From Octopus vulgaris (lineage: Eukaryota), in contig OX597831.1 of NCBI GenBank assembly GCA_951406725.2, positions 16,306,001-16,370,000 of the forward strand: 64,000 bases of DNA, given 5' to 3'. Made by a program: the position numbers and the translations under genes. The notes under the pieces were generated by a model. That model saw nothing but the letters and a program-made list of their open reading frames with translations, was not told the DNA's origin and made no database searches. Positions 15,116-29,707 of the stretch are shown here, in pieces. The first letter of the stretch is position 1. The number at the start of each line of letters is the position of its first letter.

Positions 15116-16215
15116 AAGTTAATTAAATTCTATATTTTTGTGTCGCTAAAGATTGCTTTGCATTTTAACTTGATGTAATGATTGCATTGTTCACTTAAAT
15201 GGAATTGTATGAAACGGTCGTACTGCATTACCTCTGGATATCCTTGTTGCTTATTTTGATTGTAATCAACTTACTTCGAAATTGTATATATAATAATTGT
15301 GTCGTCCTCGTTTCTTACAGATGGTTTCATTAATAATCAATAATTTAATAAGAAATTTATATTAAAATTGCATTTATGTGACCTGTGTATAATTTCGTCA
15401 GAGAAAACTAGATGTCACTTCGGATGTTATATGTGGACCTGTTTATATATTGAGATCTGGCTATATGCGGGAATATCTGTATGTCCTAATACTCACGGAT
15501 TTTTGCAATGTGTATTGGTTAAGAATAAATCACAATATATTCAATTTGGTGTTAATCGGAAAAAAAGTTTAGTAACATATTTGCTGTTTCTATTATCGCC
15601 ATCATAGTTATTACTTGATCGAAAGCTATCATCTGTTGATATCATATATTGTAACATAACAACGGTAATCGAATAGAAATCAATGAATGATGAAACCTAT
15701 TATTTTGCCTTGAAGTATGAAACGTTATATTTCATTTTTTAACTAAATATAGGAGGGGCTTCTGATATATCCCCAGGTTTATGCGTGTCGCGAAAGGCCT
15801 GATTCGAGACCAAATTTCCGAGTCTTTTTATTGGACTTGGAAGCATTGAAATTTGCCTGCAATATGTTTGTGAATCTAAGAGTAGAATAGGTTGAATAAA
15901 ATCCTAATTAACCCATCACCCCTTATTTTCCTTTGACCAAAGCCAGAAACATTTCAGCACTGCCTCGTGTATACCAGAAGAATGGTTTTAATTTATTGAC
16001 TATGAAATAGAATCGTGAGAGGACCATAGAAATACATTTTGCTGTCCTAGTTGGTTTAATTCTGTCACATTTTGAAGAATATAAATATATATAAGTGAAA
16101 TGAACTATGGAATTTTATGTAGTATAATGACAAGGGAATCTTTATAATAAATATACATTTCGCTAAATGTATGAATAATTATTTTTATGAATATTGGAAA
16201 TAAGAGCATATATAC

Positions 16216-16416
16216 TTGCAGAATGTATCTTCACTTGTTATATTCATGTTTATGGGACATCGACGTACTACGGCTTCGTAGCATTCGTTTGACATGACAA
16301 ATCCTAAAAATGTAATGTCCGGTTTTAAGTATCTTTTTCGTTCACAAAAATATAAAATGTTACGAAAGACTCAGTAAGATAAATTATTAGTCTTATTTAT
16401 CCATCTTCCAAACCAA

Positions 16417-16479
<63 letters not shown>

Positions 16480-18332
16480 TAATGGGTTCATGTTAAATTT
16501 GAATTTGTGCTCCCTGCACTGGACGGAGAAGGTTATGTTTACTGTTCAAAGACCAAATATTTCGCTGTAAATAATAGAAAATATACACATTTGCTAATTT
16601 CTTTGTTATACGACTATTTTGTATGTTATTGTTATCATTGCCTCAAGTCTGACATGGTATATTTCATTTTATAACAATTTTCAATGGTATTTATATGATG
16701 TTTAGTTATTCTACCTCGATCTAATCTGATATAATATTGTGTTACATAAGGATATTTCATCAGTATGCACATATATATGTAGGTGTTAATGTACAGCAGC
16801 CGTTTAATTTTAGGGCATTTCATATGACTAAATATTTGCATTAATAAAGATTTTTCAGTATTCTTTTTAACAATACAAATATCCCCCAGAGGATAGTTAA
16901 AAGTATTTGCGCATATTGTTATTTCCATAACAGAGAACCACATGTAAATTCCTAGTAATTGTGCATTGGTGCATATTATGCATGCATGAAGAATATTTCC
17001 GATAATATATTTGTTGTATAGAGCTTTACAGCCTAAACAATGAGATAATACGAGATATTCCAATAAGAAAATTTGCGAATAAATATCTATGAATCTTTTT
17101 CATAATAATCTTGGATAACGAGTAATTTCATAAATAACACATTTATGAACATATTCGTAAATTCTTTTATGTAAGCATGCTTGTTATTGCTCTGAATAAA
17201 ATGTGGAATTTTCAGTGTTGGAAATTTTCACTAGTATGTATATTTTTGAGTTATCTTCCAAAAGGTTTGCTACTTTTTCACAAAGATAACTATGTCACCT
17301 GGATAAATGCAATTTAATATATCATTACCAGACGTCTATTTAACTGACCCGCCATGCATGTTTTTATTCCAGATTGAAGGAAAAGGCCGTAATATTAATT
17401 TCAAACCACTCTGATGAACACTGCTTGTCAGAGCTGATAAACTTGTAGAAAGCAGTCAGGGATGAAGGCAGTTTGGAAGTGTGCAGTCTAGTATATGTAA
17501 ACAGAAACTTATGATCTCCTCCAGACTACTTATTGACTAACATGTATGAGATGAGCATCTTCTACGGCCAGGCACATGAGGCGCCACGTTGATATAGACA
17601 ACGAATTCGGAGCATTAGAGCTAGTTGAGAACACCAGCAATTTTCTCGATAAAGACAGTCATGTGTGTATAAAATCAATAAACATACAGATTGGAGTTGT
17701 TGTAGAAACTCTAAACAGAATTATTCATGAAGTGGGACCCATAAGGAGAATGTGTACAAAGTCTGTTATTAGACTGCTCAGTGAAAAAGAGACGTGTTGG
17801 CGACAGAAGGGAGGTTGTTAACCTCATTACTTTCAAATCGAGAGTAAATGACCTGTCAGGAAGGCTCGATTTACATTTATGATCCTGAAATCTAATGACA
17901 GCGTAACCAATGGAATTGTGCAGGCTCTGTTGCAGACCCAAGAACCCCAGGTGAAGCACATCCATTGGAAAGCCCATTAAAATCAACTACTTAGACAGCT
18001 AGGGCATAACTTACGTTCACTCGGTGCCCTCTGTCCAAGCGGTCAACAAAACTTTTAATATTTTACAGACGTTTTGAAGACCTCGTATTGGAGCTTTCGG
18101 CGCGAATGCTGAGCAGTACGGAATGTCGTTTCGAAATTTCTGGCAGAGTGAATTACGTCATATTGCTGCAGATCTAACAGACTGTACCCAACTAATCCTA
18201 CTCCACGGTGTAGTCGATAAAATCAAAAGCAATTATTTCGCATGCGTGAAATTAAAAAATATAAAATGCAGATAATTTACCCATGACAGAAGGTATAAAT
18301 ACACACACACACACATACACACACACACACAT

Positions 18333-18395
<63 letters not shown>

Positions 18396-18653
18396 CACAC
18401 ACATATACACACCGTATGGCGACAAGGAGAAATTGGAAGAGAGAGTGAGATAGACTGACAGACAGACTGACAGGTACATAGGTATAGGGAGAGAAATATA
18501 AAGTTTAAGAAATGCATGGAAGTAATGAGAGGAAATATATCTAGCCGATTCCAATTACATGGACTTTGGTAGAATATAACTAAAAATTGAGAAGCAATTA
18601 TCACAGGGATACTCACCTACAGTGACAAGCAAATGGAATAGGAACAATTTCAT
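16216..18653 (-). CDS. Gene C, exons 1-2 (18653-18617; 16303-16216): divergent paralog of A/B
   Basis: Exon 1 is 37 nt, MKLFLFHLLVTV(G)|gtgagt, the same length and phase as gene A exon 1. Exon 2 is tttttag|GFVMSNECYEAVVRRCPINMNITSEDTFC-AA|gtatat, with C-x7-C and the same FC-AA phase-2 end as A and B. Confidence 0.7.
17560..18200 (+). mobile_element. mariner transposase remnant
   Basis: ETLNRIIHE...RRMCTKSVIRLLSE resembles the WVPRLL region. Confidence 0.6.
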
Positions 18654-18935
18654 GGCGAATACTCAATTCTACGTTAATCCTTGGTGATGGAATAATGTCC
18701 AGTATGTAAAGATGCTGTGACAGATGGATGCCGACCTGAAAGTTATACATGTTATATATTGTAACTACATTTTTTTATGGTCTTAAATAATTTATGTACA
18801 AAATAGAATCGTTAAATAATGAACTATCTACTATTTACAATTTGTAAAATGGTTAAAATGGGCCTGTAAAAGCTTTGAGAAAAAATTGTTTCTTTTTCAT
18901 TTAGTGCAGTTTTAGATGACTATAAATTGAATGTT

Positions 18936-19735
18936 CACGAGGTGGTATCAAAATGTTCCTGAACTAGTTTTGTTGCACACCAGTAGATGGCAGCACACGG
19001 TTGCGTGATCGGTGAGCTTGCAGCCACCTTCTTGAAGCACCACATCGAGTTACATCACTTTGTTTACTTCGCAAGTGGTCAAATTTGTGTTTTTGTTACA
19101 GTCTTCAATTTTATCGTGGACCTAGATGTTGGAACAAAAGCCAACGAGAAATTTTGTGTAGGTGGCACCTGATGATGATGGTTGGGTCTACTGGTACGAC
19201 TCTGAGACGAAGCAAATGTCGTCACAATGGAAGGGCACTTGATCTGTTCGACCGAAGAAGGCAAGCCAGAGTCGCTGTTCAATCAAGTGCATGCTCATCG
19301 TCTTTACGACATCCTCGGTATTGGGCATCGCGAATTCGTCCCCCAGGACCAAACCCTCAATCGCGAATTCTACTGAAACATTTGGAAGTGTATGAGGGAG
19401 GACGACACACGAAAGCAAACCGGGTCTGTGGAGCAGAAAGAATTGAATTATTTACAATGGCAATGTACCATGTCACCAAACTTTCTTTCCCCGTGTGTGT
19501 CTCACCTCGATTCTGCACCCGCCCTATTTGCCAGATTTAGCACCAGTGGACTTGTATCTGTTTCCCCCAAAAGAAGAAAATGCAGTTCAAAAGTCGCTGC
19601 ATTATACTTGCTGTCGAGAACAAGAAAGAATCTCAGAAGTTCCTCAACACGTTTAGAAAACTGTCAGGAACGCTGGGAACGGTGTATTGCTTGACGATGG
19701 TGTTAAAACGTAGGTAAAATGGGTTTTTTATCAGA
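18936..19735 (+). mobile_element. Internally deleted mariner element
   Basis: cacgaggtggtatcaaaa TIR-like start; WVYWYDSETKQMSSQWK, EFVPQDQT, QERWERCI. Confidence 0.85.
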
Positions 19736-19942
19736 AATATCTTGTCCGGGAACACGACTGTTTTCGGACAATTCAGGTCTCTGTTCCTGTATGTGTTTTT
19801 ATTGTTGTGCGTCAGTTACAGTATGAGAGCATTTTAGGTCGCATCTCTGGCTATGGAAGTGTTTTGTAACACCCCAGTAATAATTAGTGATACTTGTAAT
19901 TCTCCATTTTGGAGAACCATTGCAAGCTGCTGTTTATGTTAA

Positions 19943-19987
<45 letters not shown>

Positions 19988-19988
<1 letters not shown>

Positions 19989-20187
19989 CGGGAAGCTTTA
20001 TGAAAATAGACAAAAGACGAAGGCAGGTGTAAAACAAACAAACAATTGTATTAGTATGGCGCTCAGGAAATATAAATAAAACAAGTCTTTAACGTTTCGA
20101 GCCTACGCTCTTCAACAGAGAGATACACAGAGAGAAAAAAACACAGAAAGAAGGAGAGAAAAAAAATGCGTGCAGTAACTAACGAAT

Positions 20188-20190
<3 letters not shown>
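19988..20190 (-). mobile_element. Short PLE-tail-like repeat (same family as 9855)
   Basis: Reverse complement of ctgttgaagagcgtaggctcgaaacgtt...cttcgtcttttgt. Confidence 0.6.
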
Positions 20191-20242
<52 letters not shown>

Positions 20243-21054
20243 ACCCACTTAACAATGAGGCCTTCAGCACCATACTACAAAGCACAGCCCTACTAAAGGG
20301 AGACCCAAAGATGAACCGGATCCTCGAAACACACACCATCATTAAAAGTAAACGGCAACCAAAATCCTTGGAATGGATTTTAACCCAAGCTAAACTGCAC
20401 CCAACATCAACCATAAAACCAGCAGTTAGAAAATGTGGAAGGCCCAACTGCGGAATCTGTGTCATCTTAGTAGAATGTTCAGAATTTATGCTAGAACAAG
20501 GCCTTCAGTTCACTATTAGAACAAACTTCACCTGTGCATCAGAAAACTTAATTTACGATTTAACATGCACACGCTGCAATAGGCAATATATAGGCCATAC
20601 AAAAAATAGCTTACGTAACAGGATGGCGGTGCATAAATCACAAATTAGAAACCCTGAATACCGGAAAATACCGGTAAGCGGACACATAGATAGATGTGCT
20701 GCAAATGAAAATCCGAAATTTACAACTTACCCACTTTACAAATTCAGTGACAGCGTAACCTTCACGCAACGCCGAAATAAAGGACTTTATTTCATCAAAA
20801 GATTTAGACCAAGTTTGAACACCCTGGGCCAGGAATATTAAAACAAAACATTGGTCTTCCGAAAAAGAAAAAACGAAACTCTACCACAACCACTACGACT
20901 GCCCCCACTAACACTACCACTACTACAACCACCGTGGTCACTGCTACTACGGCCACAGTGAGAGAATTAAAATAATGGAGGTGGGGGCAATTACAATTAC
21001 TCAGATCCTTAAACAGTCACTCCCGCTGGGAGGGGTATGTCTTTTTTTTCTCTG

Positions 21055-21420
21055 CGAACAGATCTGATTTTGAATAGTCAAAAAATTGATGACGTTTTCC
21101 TCAGTAGTCAAGCTTGTCGCCATGCTTGATTGGTTTTCCTACAAGATACAGTTATGGATCAGCTCTAATTCTGATTCGTTAAAAAATTGATGACGTTTTT
21201 CTTCCGTGGTCAAACTAACCAGAATACAATTATGGGTCAGATCTGACTTTGATTCGCTAAAATATTGATGACGTTTTTCTTCCGTGGTCAAACTAGCCAC
21301 CTAACAGGATACGATTATGGGTAAGATCTAATTTTGATTCGCAAAAAAATTGATGACGTTTTTCTTCCGTGGTCAAACTTGTCGTTCTGCTTGGCTGGTT
21401 TCCTAAACAGGATACAGTTG
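21055..21420 (+). repeat. Five imperfect tandem units (about 60-100 bp) in the PLE 3' UTR
   Basis: Recurring aaaattgatgacgtttttcttccgtggtcaaact core. Confidence 0.85.
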
Positions 21421-21870
21421 GGGGTATTTTCCTTATAATCGTTGAAGCTTGGCTTTGATTGGTTTGGAATTATATGACGTCAGTGAACAGTGTCAGAGAC
21501 CACAGCTACTACTGACTTAACTGATATAAACCCAACAATCACAAATTGACCAAAATTACGACGACCAAGAATCACTACTGTTGCTCCCATCGGAACACAA
21601 GGTAAAATCTATAATGAACTCCTGCACTACACTTGACAAAACAGTAAAGAACGACTATGGATTTTTTCTATTATACTCCTTATAATATATTTTTCGCCTT
21701 TTCAAGAACATGGATTCTATTGAATGTATATAGCATGGAATTTATTGAATGTATGTAACAATTATGAACTGTTCCATTATACATTTTTATGCATATAGCA
21801 TGGACTCTATTGAATGTATGAAACAATTATGAACTATTCCATTGTACTCTTTATTATAAAAAAATTCTTT

Positions 21871-21907
21871 TTGATAAGGCTCGTTATTTCAAGAACCGAA
21901 ACATGTA
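21871..21907 (+). ncRNA. Hammerhead motif, U3:A8 variant, in PLE tail
   Basis: UUGAUAA-GGCUC...GAACC-GAAACAUGUA with palindromic stem III ACAUGU; stem I is weak. Confidence 0.6.
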
Positions 21908-21954
21908 AAAATTAAAATTTATCTAATATAGTGGCATTTTCAAACTTCTTTTTT

Positions 21955-22036
<82 letters not shown>

Positions 22037-23559
22037 TTATGTATGTGTGTGTATGTGTGTGTGTATTTTTGATATGAAGTTTCAGTCCAATGATTGTGGC
22101 CATCATTTCGAAATCCTTATCGAAAATATTAATGTTAAAGTATAATAATACATTTTCCTTTACCCACCTGTGTATGCATAAGTGACATGCTTGTGTTTGT
22201 GTTTTTCATCACCGTCACTTTTCAGCCTTAAGTACAGCTGTATAAATCTGCCATACTTATTACTCTCCTATATGACTTGCTGTCCTGGATACGTTATTGG
22301 TGGCACATTACCCAATTAGTCGTCTTCCCAGGATAATCTGCAGTTATACATTAAATGACAGAATATATGATGCCAACTCGTTTAGCAAGCATAAAATTGG
22401 TGTGGTAGCCATGTCCTCTATTCAGTTACAATTTCACTCGGTCGTTCATGTCGTCAGAGTGAGTTACGAAAAATTAATTTAAATGGTCATAAGTACTCTC
22501 AGTTTAATGGTAAGCACAGGAATATTGGTCGTCGACCGTGGCCAAATTCAGCCATAATCTCATATCAGGTCTATAAGATATAATGTTATTAAAACGTTAG
22601 ACATAATTCTCTGTCACATCTTTCTTCACTCTAAGTCAGCATACACACCAGCGTACACACCCTAAAGAAGGATTATTTTTTATTCGTATTCTGTTTGGTT
22701 GAATTTATTCTCTCTAACTTCCCGTCTATCATTTTTTGTTAGTAATATACTGTTAGTTACTTAACGACAAATGTTCATTTCAAATTTTGGTACAGAACCA
22801 TCAATTTGAAAGGAGAGGATCAGTCGCTTACTTCAGGCCAATTATAAATTTTACAGACTCGAAACTAAAGTGGATGTTGGAGTGAAGTCGGAAGAAACGC
22901 CTGCAAGCATGTTGCTCGTCACGGTAACAATTCAGTCAGAACCACCGCCTTTGTTTCACTACAGCTACAACAGTGCTTTTATTGAACTGGTGAGTATATG
23001 GATTAGCATGTTTGTAGTAATCTGTTTTATAATAGAAGTCGCAAACCGCCAGATATCACAGCATCCAATGAAGCTTTGTTCCAAAGTTTGCTTTGTAGAA
23101 TGATTGACAAATTGCTAATGATGAAATTTAAAGCTAGACACACAGACACACAAACAGTAAGGACGTTAAGAAACAGTAAAGATTTTAAGTTCAACCAGCC
23201 ATCTTGGAGAAAGGGTTGTGAATATGTTTAAGTGTGAACACATTTTCATCATTTGACACTTCAGCCTGTTGAAGAATGATGCTGACGCATAGACTGGAAT
23301 TCATAAAAAATTATTCAGTTTGTTATGCTGAACGTAGGTAAAAACAAATTCCATTTGTATACAAAGGAAAAGTGATTATTTTGAGTCAGGTAACATAATG
23401 TTTTCACTGAAATAGATTTTTAGTATGATGTATAGTATTTTTTGGCGTTTTGGCTATATTTTATTACAATTTTCAACTAAATTACAATCTACTGTAAAAA
23501 AATTTATGATATCCATGGCTTAGTTGTAAAGAACATGCCAAATTCATTTTCTTTACAAC

Positions 23560-23610
23560 CTCATATATATATAAAATGTGTATATTGTGGTTGCGAGAGA
23601 AAACATCTGT
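23560..23610 (+). promoter_or_regulatory. Putative TATA-box promoter of gene A
   Basis: TATATAAAA about 30 nt before a CATCTGT motif. The block aacctcatatatata...gtggttgcgagag...catctgt is conserved upstream of gene B. Confidence 0.5.
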
Positions 23611-23696
23611 TTCTATCCGCTTCGTGAATATCAGAGATAATTATGTTTATGAGACAATATCCTACAAGCAGCTTGACATTAACAAAACTGCTCGGA

Positions 23697-26600
23697 ATGA
23701 AGGTTTTCATCTTTATGTCGCTTCTTATTGTTGGTACGTAACCAAATATCTAATTTCAATGAATGGTCTATGGCTTATTTAACTAGTATGCCTTCGAGAT
23801 TCAATGCCAAAAATAACCATATATTCATTTGTCAATATATCTCGTTATTTAATCACCTCTATTGAACTATCCCTTACATTATTTGTTGATCCACATGCCA
23901 ATCTCACAAACTATGTTCTCAATTTTTACTTCTATCGACTTGTAAACAGACACTCAATTTTTTAAACTGACCTTCTTTCGCTTTATGAATCTCATCCTGA
24001 AGCTACAAATATATCTGCAGACAGAAAAGTATTCATAAGTAACGACGTTTTTCACAGCACCCGCTTCAGGTGTACTCATATTAAATAACAAGATTACCAA
24101 CATTAACGTGTACTTTTGAACATTATTTTATATAAAGTTACGAGAGAAATTCGAGGATAGGAATTTGCCAAAACATATCTTTTTATATTGCAATGTAAGA
24201 GTAAAAAAAAGTATGATTTTTGCATACGTATAATTAACTAGGTTTAACTTTCAAAGTTCCAAAATAGACAGAAGCATCACATACACTACAAAACATGCCC
24301 CCACGGAGATACATCGGATATACCGGACCTTCTCTGGGATAACGTGTTTCCACCTTATACGCCCTACATCAACGTGACGAAGCATTACAAGTTATGCATA
24401 GCTGAACGTGCGGGAATCCTAAATGACTCGCTCGAACCAGGGAGCATCCTTACCTCCAGAACAGAGATTTTCAAGCCATGCTTACATTTCAAGATATTCC
24501 TGCCAGCATTTTGGAGCCCGAAACATGCCAGCACAACCGGAAGTCGATAGCCAATGGGAAAGGGAGATAATCATGTTGTTTACTTTGTAGGGAAGCTTTA
24601 ACCTTCCATCTTTTGAATAAGTCCTAGGCCAACAGGTTTGGGGTCTGACGAGAGGCCATGTATGTATGTATGTTATCTTATTTTGTATGTATGTATGAAA
24701 TAATGAATGAATGTATGTATATTATCTTATTTTTGTAAATGTATCGTTAAAAGTAATTCAGCATATCAGACTATTCATATGTTTTAAAGTATTCAAGTAA
24801 AAGAAATTACAATGATTCTAGTTACAGGGTTATTTCAATTCCAGCCTTTAGTTGGCTGTGTGGATTGAATCTTTCGTTATACTACCTGACCAATGGGGAG
24901 AAAAGGAACTCTGACGTCGTCTATATTATTTCTGGTTACATTCAGTGAACGATATCCATTTATTCACATAAATTTTGAATAATGCAATATTTAATGTTGA
25001 ACCTAAATATTAACGAGATGCAAAACCAGAAATTAAATTAATCGTTAAAATCAACCACGGAATAATAACTATCTGGCGAAGTAACCAATCATCAAGGGAT
25101 CGCTTTTGTCAAAAAGGTTTCCATATCAGGATGAAATAAAGGACTAAACAACTTACATAATTGAACTTCGAAAAAGTTTGATAATTTCTTGCATTCTAAA
25201 TAGTCGTGCCTATAATCTTGAAAATTAGTGCGTAACTAGATCTTGATATACCAATCTAGGCAATTATATAAATTCATCAGTTTTCTTATCACTAATTACA
25301 CAAAATATATTCCACTGAGGATTGCGTTTTTATGCTATATTTTATATCTATGAGCTACTAACAATAATCTAAAATTTTAGGTCCTGATGGAGTTTCGACG
25401 TGCACTGAAAAAGCAGACGCTTATTGCAAGGAGGTGAAGATGTCTTATAATGAAATGGTGTTATCGACTGAGTTCTGCAAGTATTACGAATTCAATTCTA
25501 TAATTATTTTTTAACGCACGCACACACAGACATATAAATGACAGGCTTCTTTCAGTTTCCGTCTGTGAAATCCACCCTTAAGGCTTAGGTCGGCACGTGG
25601 CTATAGTAGAAGACACTTCCACAACTTCACATGCAGTTGGACTGAACATGGAAATGCGTGTTTGGAAAGCAAAATTCATACCATAGAACCACGCATACAC
25701 CTCCTGTTTATTTCTGTGTTGAATTCTGTCGAAGAGCGCAGGCTCGAAACGTTAAATACTTTCCCACTTCCCGAGCGTTAAACTAACACATCTGTTTGTT
25801 GTCTATACGCCCATCTTCGTCTTTTGCTTTTTTGTAAATTCTCACTATTTATGTATATATATATATATACATATATAGTGTGTTTGAGTGTGTGTGTGAG
25901 AGAAAGGGAGAGAGAGAGAGAGAGGGGGGAAGAGATTTGTGGACATATTGCAATTATAATGAATTAGGTCTAAATGTACCCTATGAAGAATTTTCGAGAA
26001 TCCTTGAAGTTTTTCCTCATAGAATTATTCCATGACTCCGCCTCCATTTTCGATGACTGCTTCAAAGCAGCACCGGAATTTTTGACTTGCGTCAATAGAA
26101 AAAATATAGCTTTTTCAAATGCGGTTAATTCATTTACGGCTGTATCTCTTAGTGGATTTACGGTATTTTAGGATTATCAATGAATTTCCATTTCTGTAAT
26201 GTTTCAGTAAACGGATTTTAATATGACCAGATTTCAGGCACCTATGTTGGTTGGGCATAAGGGTAAATCTTGTCTGATATTGATTAGGGGTTATGTTGGC
26301 TTTGAGAGACAAGTGTCTTGTAATATCCCGTCACTGCGTACTTCATCGACCCAAGTTTCGAAGAAAGTCTTGAGCGCCCAGCAATATCCAGCAACATCAA
26401 TTCTCAGATCCTGTGGAAAGATGCAACCTGTTGTTACAAGACCGTCGTTATTCACCCCTCTTAAAAGCAGTATATTTCCTGGAAAGTTTCTCTACATCAT
26501 TCAGTATGCTTCAGAATGAACTGTATTTACTCATCTTTTGATCTTAGCACACATATTTATTTTCCTTATCAAAAAAGAACCAACGTATAACATGAATGTG

Positions 26601-29600
26601 AGGTACTTAACGTTGTAGGTAATCGTCGGCGCGACGCTTTTCGCTTTGCATTCATGAACTGGACGTCCTACTCTATATACAAATTTTACCGTATGTGAGC
26701 CATATTCTAATACTCTTCCCCAATACCTGAAGCTCTTTGGTGACGGAGTCTGTTGATTTTCCAATAACATCAACAATGCGTTTAACTATTTGGTTGAAAT
26801 GTTGTGTCCTTACCGTACCCGAAACTTAAGAATGTATTTTATCTTTAATAGATTCGAAACGGAAATAAAAGCAGCTTAAATGTGAAGAAACCTTCAGTGT
26901 CGTAATAGTCTAAGACGTTTTTAATCTTCGTAAAAACAGCGTCTAAAAAGCGACGCAGAATGTGACTTAAATGACACGATAGACCCGTAAGAAGCATGTT
27001 CCTTATGGTTGTGCTTCATCAGATATAAACTACAAATCGGTCGTTTATAGCTCAATACGACATTCAATTCTAATATATAAAAATATAAATGAAAAATATA
27101 AATATGTTAACCTTTGTGAGCTTTTTTCCACGTCTTAGTGTACATGGAGTTTTTACTAGGTTTGCGTTTAAAAGAATGTTTTAAATATAAACGCATTCAG
27201 ATTTATCTTAGACTGCCTATAGGTGTAGCTTTAAACAATTATTTTAACTCAACAAAAAGAACATAAGCAGTAAATACACGTTTTTGCTGGTTACCAGTAA
27301 CACTGTTAGTTCTTTGTAAAGTTTTAATGAAGAACTCTTTGTCTGTACTTGATGAAGCCTAATCGTGTTAAATCACTTATAGTGTTTGGTTATGTCAACC
27401 ATAACCCAGCTTAGATTTTTTTGCCATTCTCTTTAAGGAGAAATTCTTTTCGAAGTGAGTTACCGCATCAATTTATATCCCCATTTCATTTAACACTTGT
27501 ATGGAAAATATACTTATATTCGGTTCTATTTAATTATCTTTAATTCGTGAGGTTTTAGTGGATTTATTGCTACATCACTACATTCTCCAAATGTCTCCCA
27601 ATGTTTTTGATAGTTCCCCTACAAGAAAAATGCGTATTTTTGCGCTATGAAGGACCGATGTTTTCTGTGTCCGTAACTCATATGTAACCCGCTTCACCCC
27701 GAATTTTGCTGCTCGGTGACATTATTAGTGGCTTGGGTTCGTGTGTTTGTGCACGCATTGTCTATAACGATGACATCCCTTCCGTGCCATTTACGCAATA
27801 AAGATCTTCCTCGTTTTAGTGCACTTGAACGTGTTAAATATAATATTCTCGGCTGTTTCTTCATTTCTCTTACTCAAACCTAAAAATCCATAAGAGATTC
27901 GATTTTCAAACGTAGAAGTATATACAATGACAAGAACACTGAAATACACATGCATTATCTGTATTAAACATTGTTTTTAATTGTTGTTGTCCAGGCTTTA
28001 TTGGAAGTTTGAACCATGTCTAAAGTGGGTAGGCGATTACTGTGCTGGACATTTTGAGTACTACTTCAAGAAAAGGTGTCCGGTAATATACATTTCATAT
28101 TTCATTCCAAAACACATACCATGTACCAAACAACAATATAAGTGGTAATTTTACTTGTTCCAAGCAAAATAAATTACACATTTTACTGAATTTGAAGCAA
28201 TGTTGCGGCCCCACTCCATCGATCTCCTCTCCACATTCTCTCAAATACATACACATTCATACACGCACACACACACAGAAAACACAGACACATAGTTTAT
28301 TTTTGCAATCGTCTCCACCTATGTTAAAACGGTTGGACAATGAAAATTTTAGCTGTGGAATTCGCCTACCATTGTTTATGTGCACATTGGTTTCTTCCCC
28401 GAAGACATCTTGGGGTTCATTGACAGAAATGCATATCATATGGTTTGCTTACTTTTCAGAAAACAGGACACTATTTGGAAATCATGGAACTACAGAAAGA
28501 TCAAAGACATTATACATATTTTGTTTCAGCTCCACATTTATAAATGTTTGGTGTAACAGAATCTTTGTTCGACGAATAGGAATTTACCTTATATTTTAAA
28601 ATATTTATTTAAACTTTTAAAATTTCGTTTTATGTTATATTGAATTTTTGTTTCAGCATGAACCGCCAAAGGAGAATTCTAGCGTGAGAAATGAGGTACG
28701 TAACATTATGGTAAAATACGGGTTTAATACTATCGTGATGTCCTAATAAAACTCCTAAGAATTATGTTCAGTGTGTCTACACTAGCGGACAGTTAATGAT
28801 GATGGACAATGCAATATTTCCTCCTCAATGTCTATGATATAATACAGAGCTGAGATATGTGTGTGTTATTGCAGTTTTGTGATCATTATTGACGATATAG
28901 TGTCCCTTGTATCATAGGAAATGTGTTATAATCAAATCCCTATTATGCTACACTAACAACAGCAGTGGAGGTGTAATACTGCGAAAAAGTTTAATATTTA
29001 TGTGTATTATATTCAGAATTCAATATATGAGTTAGTTGCATTAATTTATAATTTCGAAAACAATTGAATTGAATGCAATATTCTACGAATATGCAATGGA
29101 AACTTAAACAAATTTCGTAAACAAATAATTATTATCATTATCACTAACATTAATGTTGTCATCCTTATCAGTAATAACAATGGACTCTACAGTTGAAGAC
29201 GAAGTACGGGCCTTCAGCTTTCGCCGAAAGATCTGCATAAATGATTCGTTTAGAGTAATCAAATTTATGTGCTGTGCATTACCTCACATCACACATCAAA
29301 CCGACGTTGTCTGAACAGTTGCACGGTGTACAACACGTGAGGTGTCGAGATTATTGTAAAGCGACGCCAGATGATGTGGTTTGCTCAAGAACACATCGCA
29401 CTTCAAATCTAGGAATTGAAGCCAGGATCTCGAGATCGTGCTGGCAACACCTTTACAAATTAGGCGATAATATTAATAATGATCTTTTCCAATTAGTCCC
29501 TCCCCACAAAGTGTTTTTCGCACACATCATCATTAATAATTCAAAGCATTCTATCATTTTATAGCATGTAGAATGATATATCAAGCGTTTGTTAAAAAAA

Positions 29601-29707
29601 AAACCCAAAATATAAAATGTTAACCAACATACTTTTCTTATACTTTACAGGTAATACTGATAAATCAGTTGATTACTGCAAGTTTAATTACGTTCTTTCA
29701 GTGTATG

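Larger units (their letters stand above)
20237..21960 (+). mobile_element. 5'-truncated Neptune-like PLE: GIY-YIG domain (ORF 20311-20841) plus 3' UTR/pseudo-LTR
   Basis: KSKRQPKSL, CGRPNCGIC and IYDLTCTRCNRQYIGHT are clearly homologous to the 31552-33618 protein; hammerhead motif near the 3' end. Confidence 0.9.

Noticed and set aside
15321-15365. ttacag|MVSLIINNLIRNLY* as terminal exon of an upstream plus-strand paralog
   Set aside because: No supporting upstream plus-strand exons; similarity to exon 5 is too weak.
17410-17450. CTGATGA motifs at about 17411, 7876, 1249 and 40180-40235
   Set aside because: GAAA box or stems too degenerate for a confident hammerhead call.
21055-21420. CRISPR-like spaced repeats
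   Set aside because: Spacers are homologous to each other, the context is a eukaryotic PLE UTR, and there are no cas genes.
27438-27454. 17-nt microexon (29 nt in gene B at 49935-49963) creating a KR cleavage site
   Set aside because: Including it breaks the frame into the conserved exon 3; donors are not at homologous positions.
28691-28698. ATGAG|gt as the start of a separate gene with exon 5 as signal peptide
   Set aside because: Splicing gives ATG AGG plus a stop in both copies, while the phase-0 reading fits gene A. A further donor at 29703 is not fully excluded.
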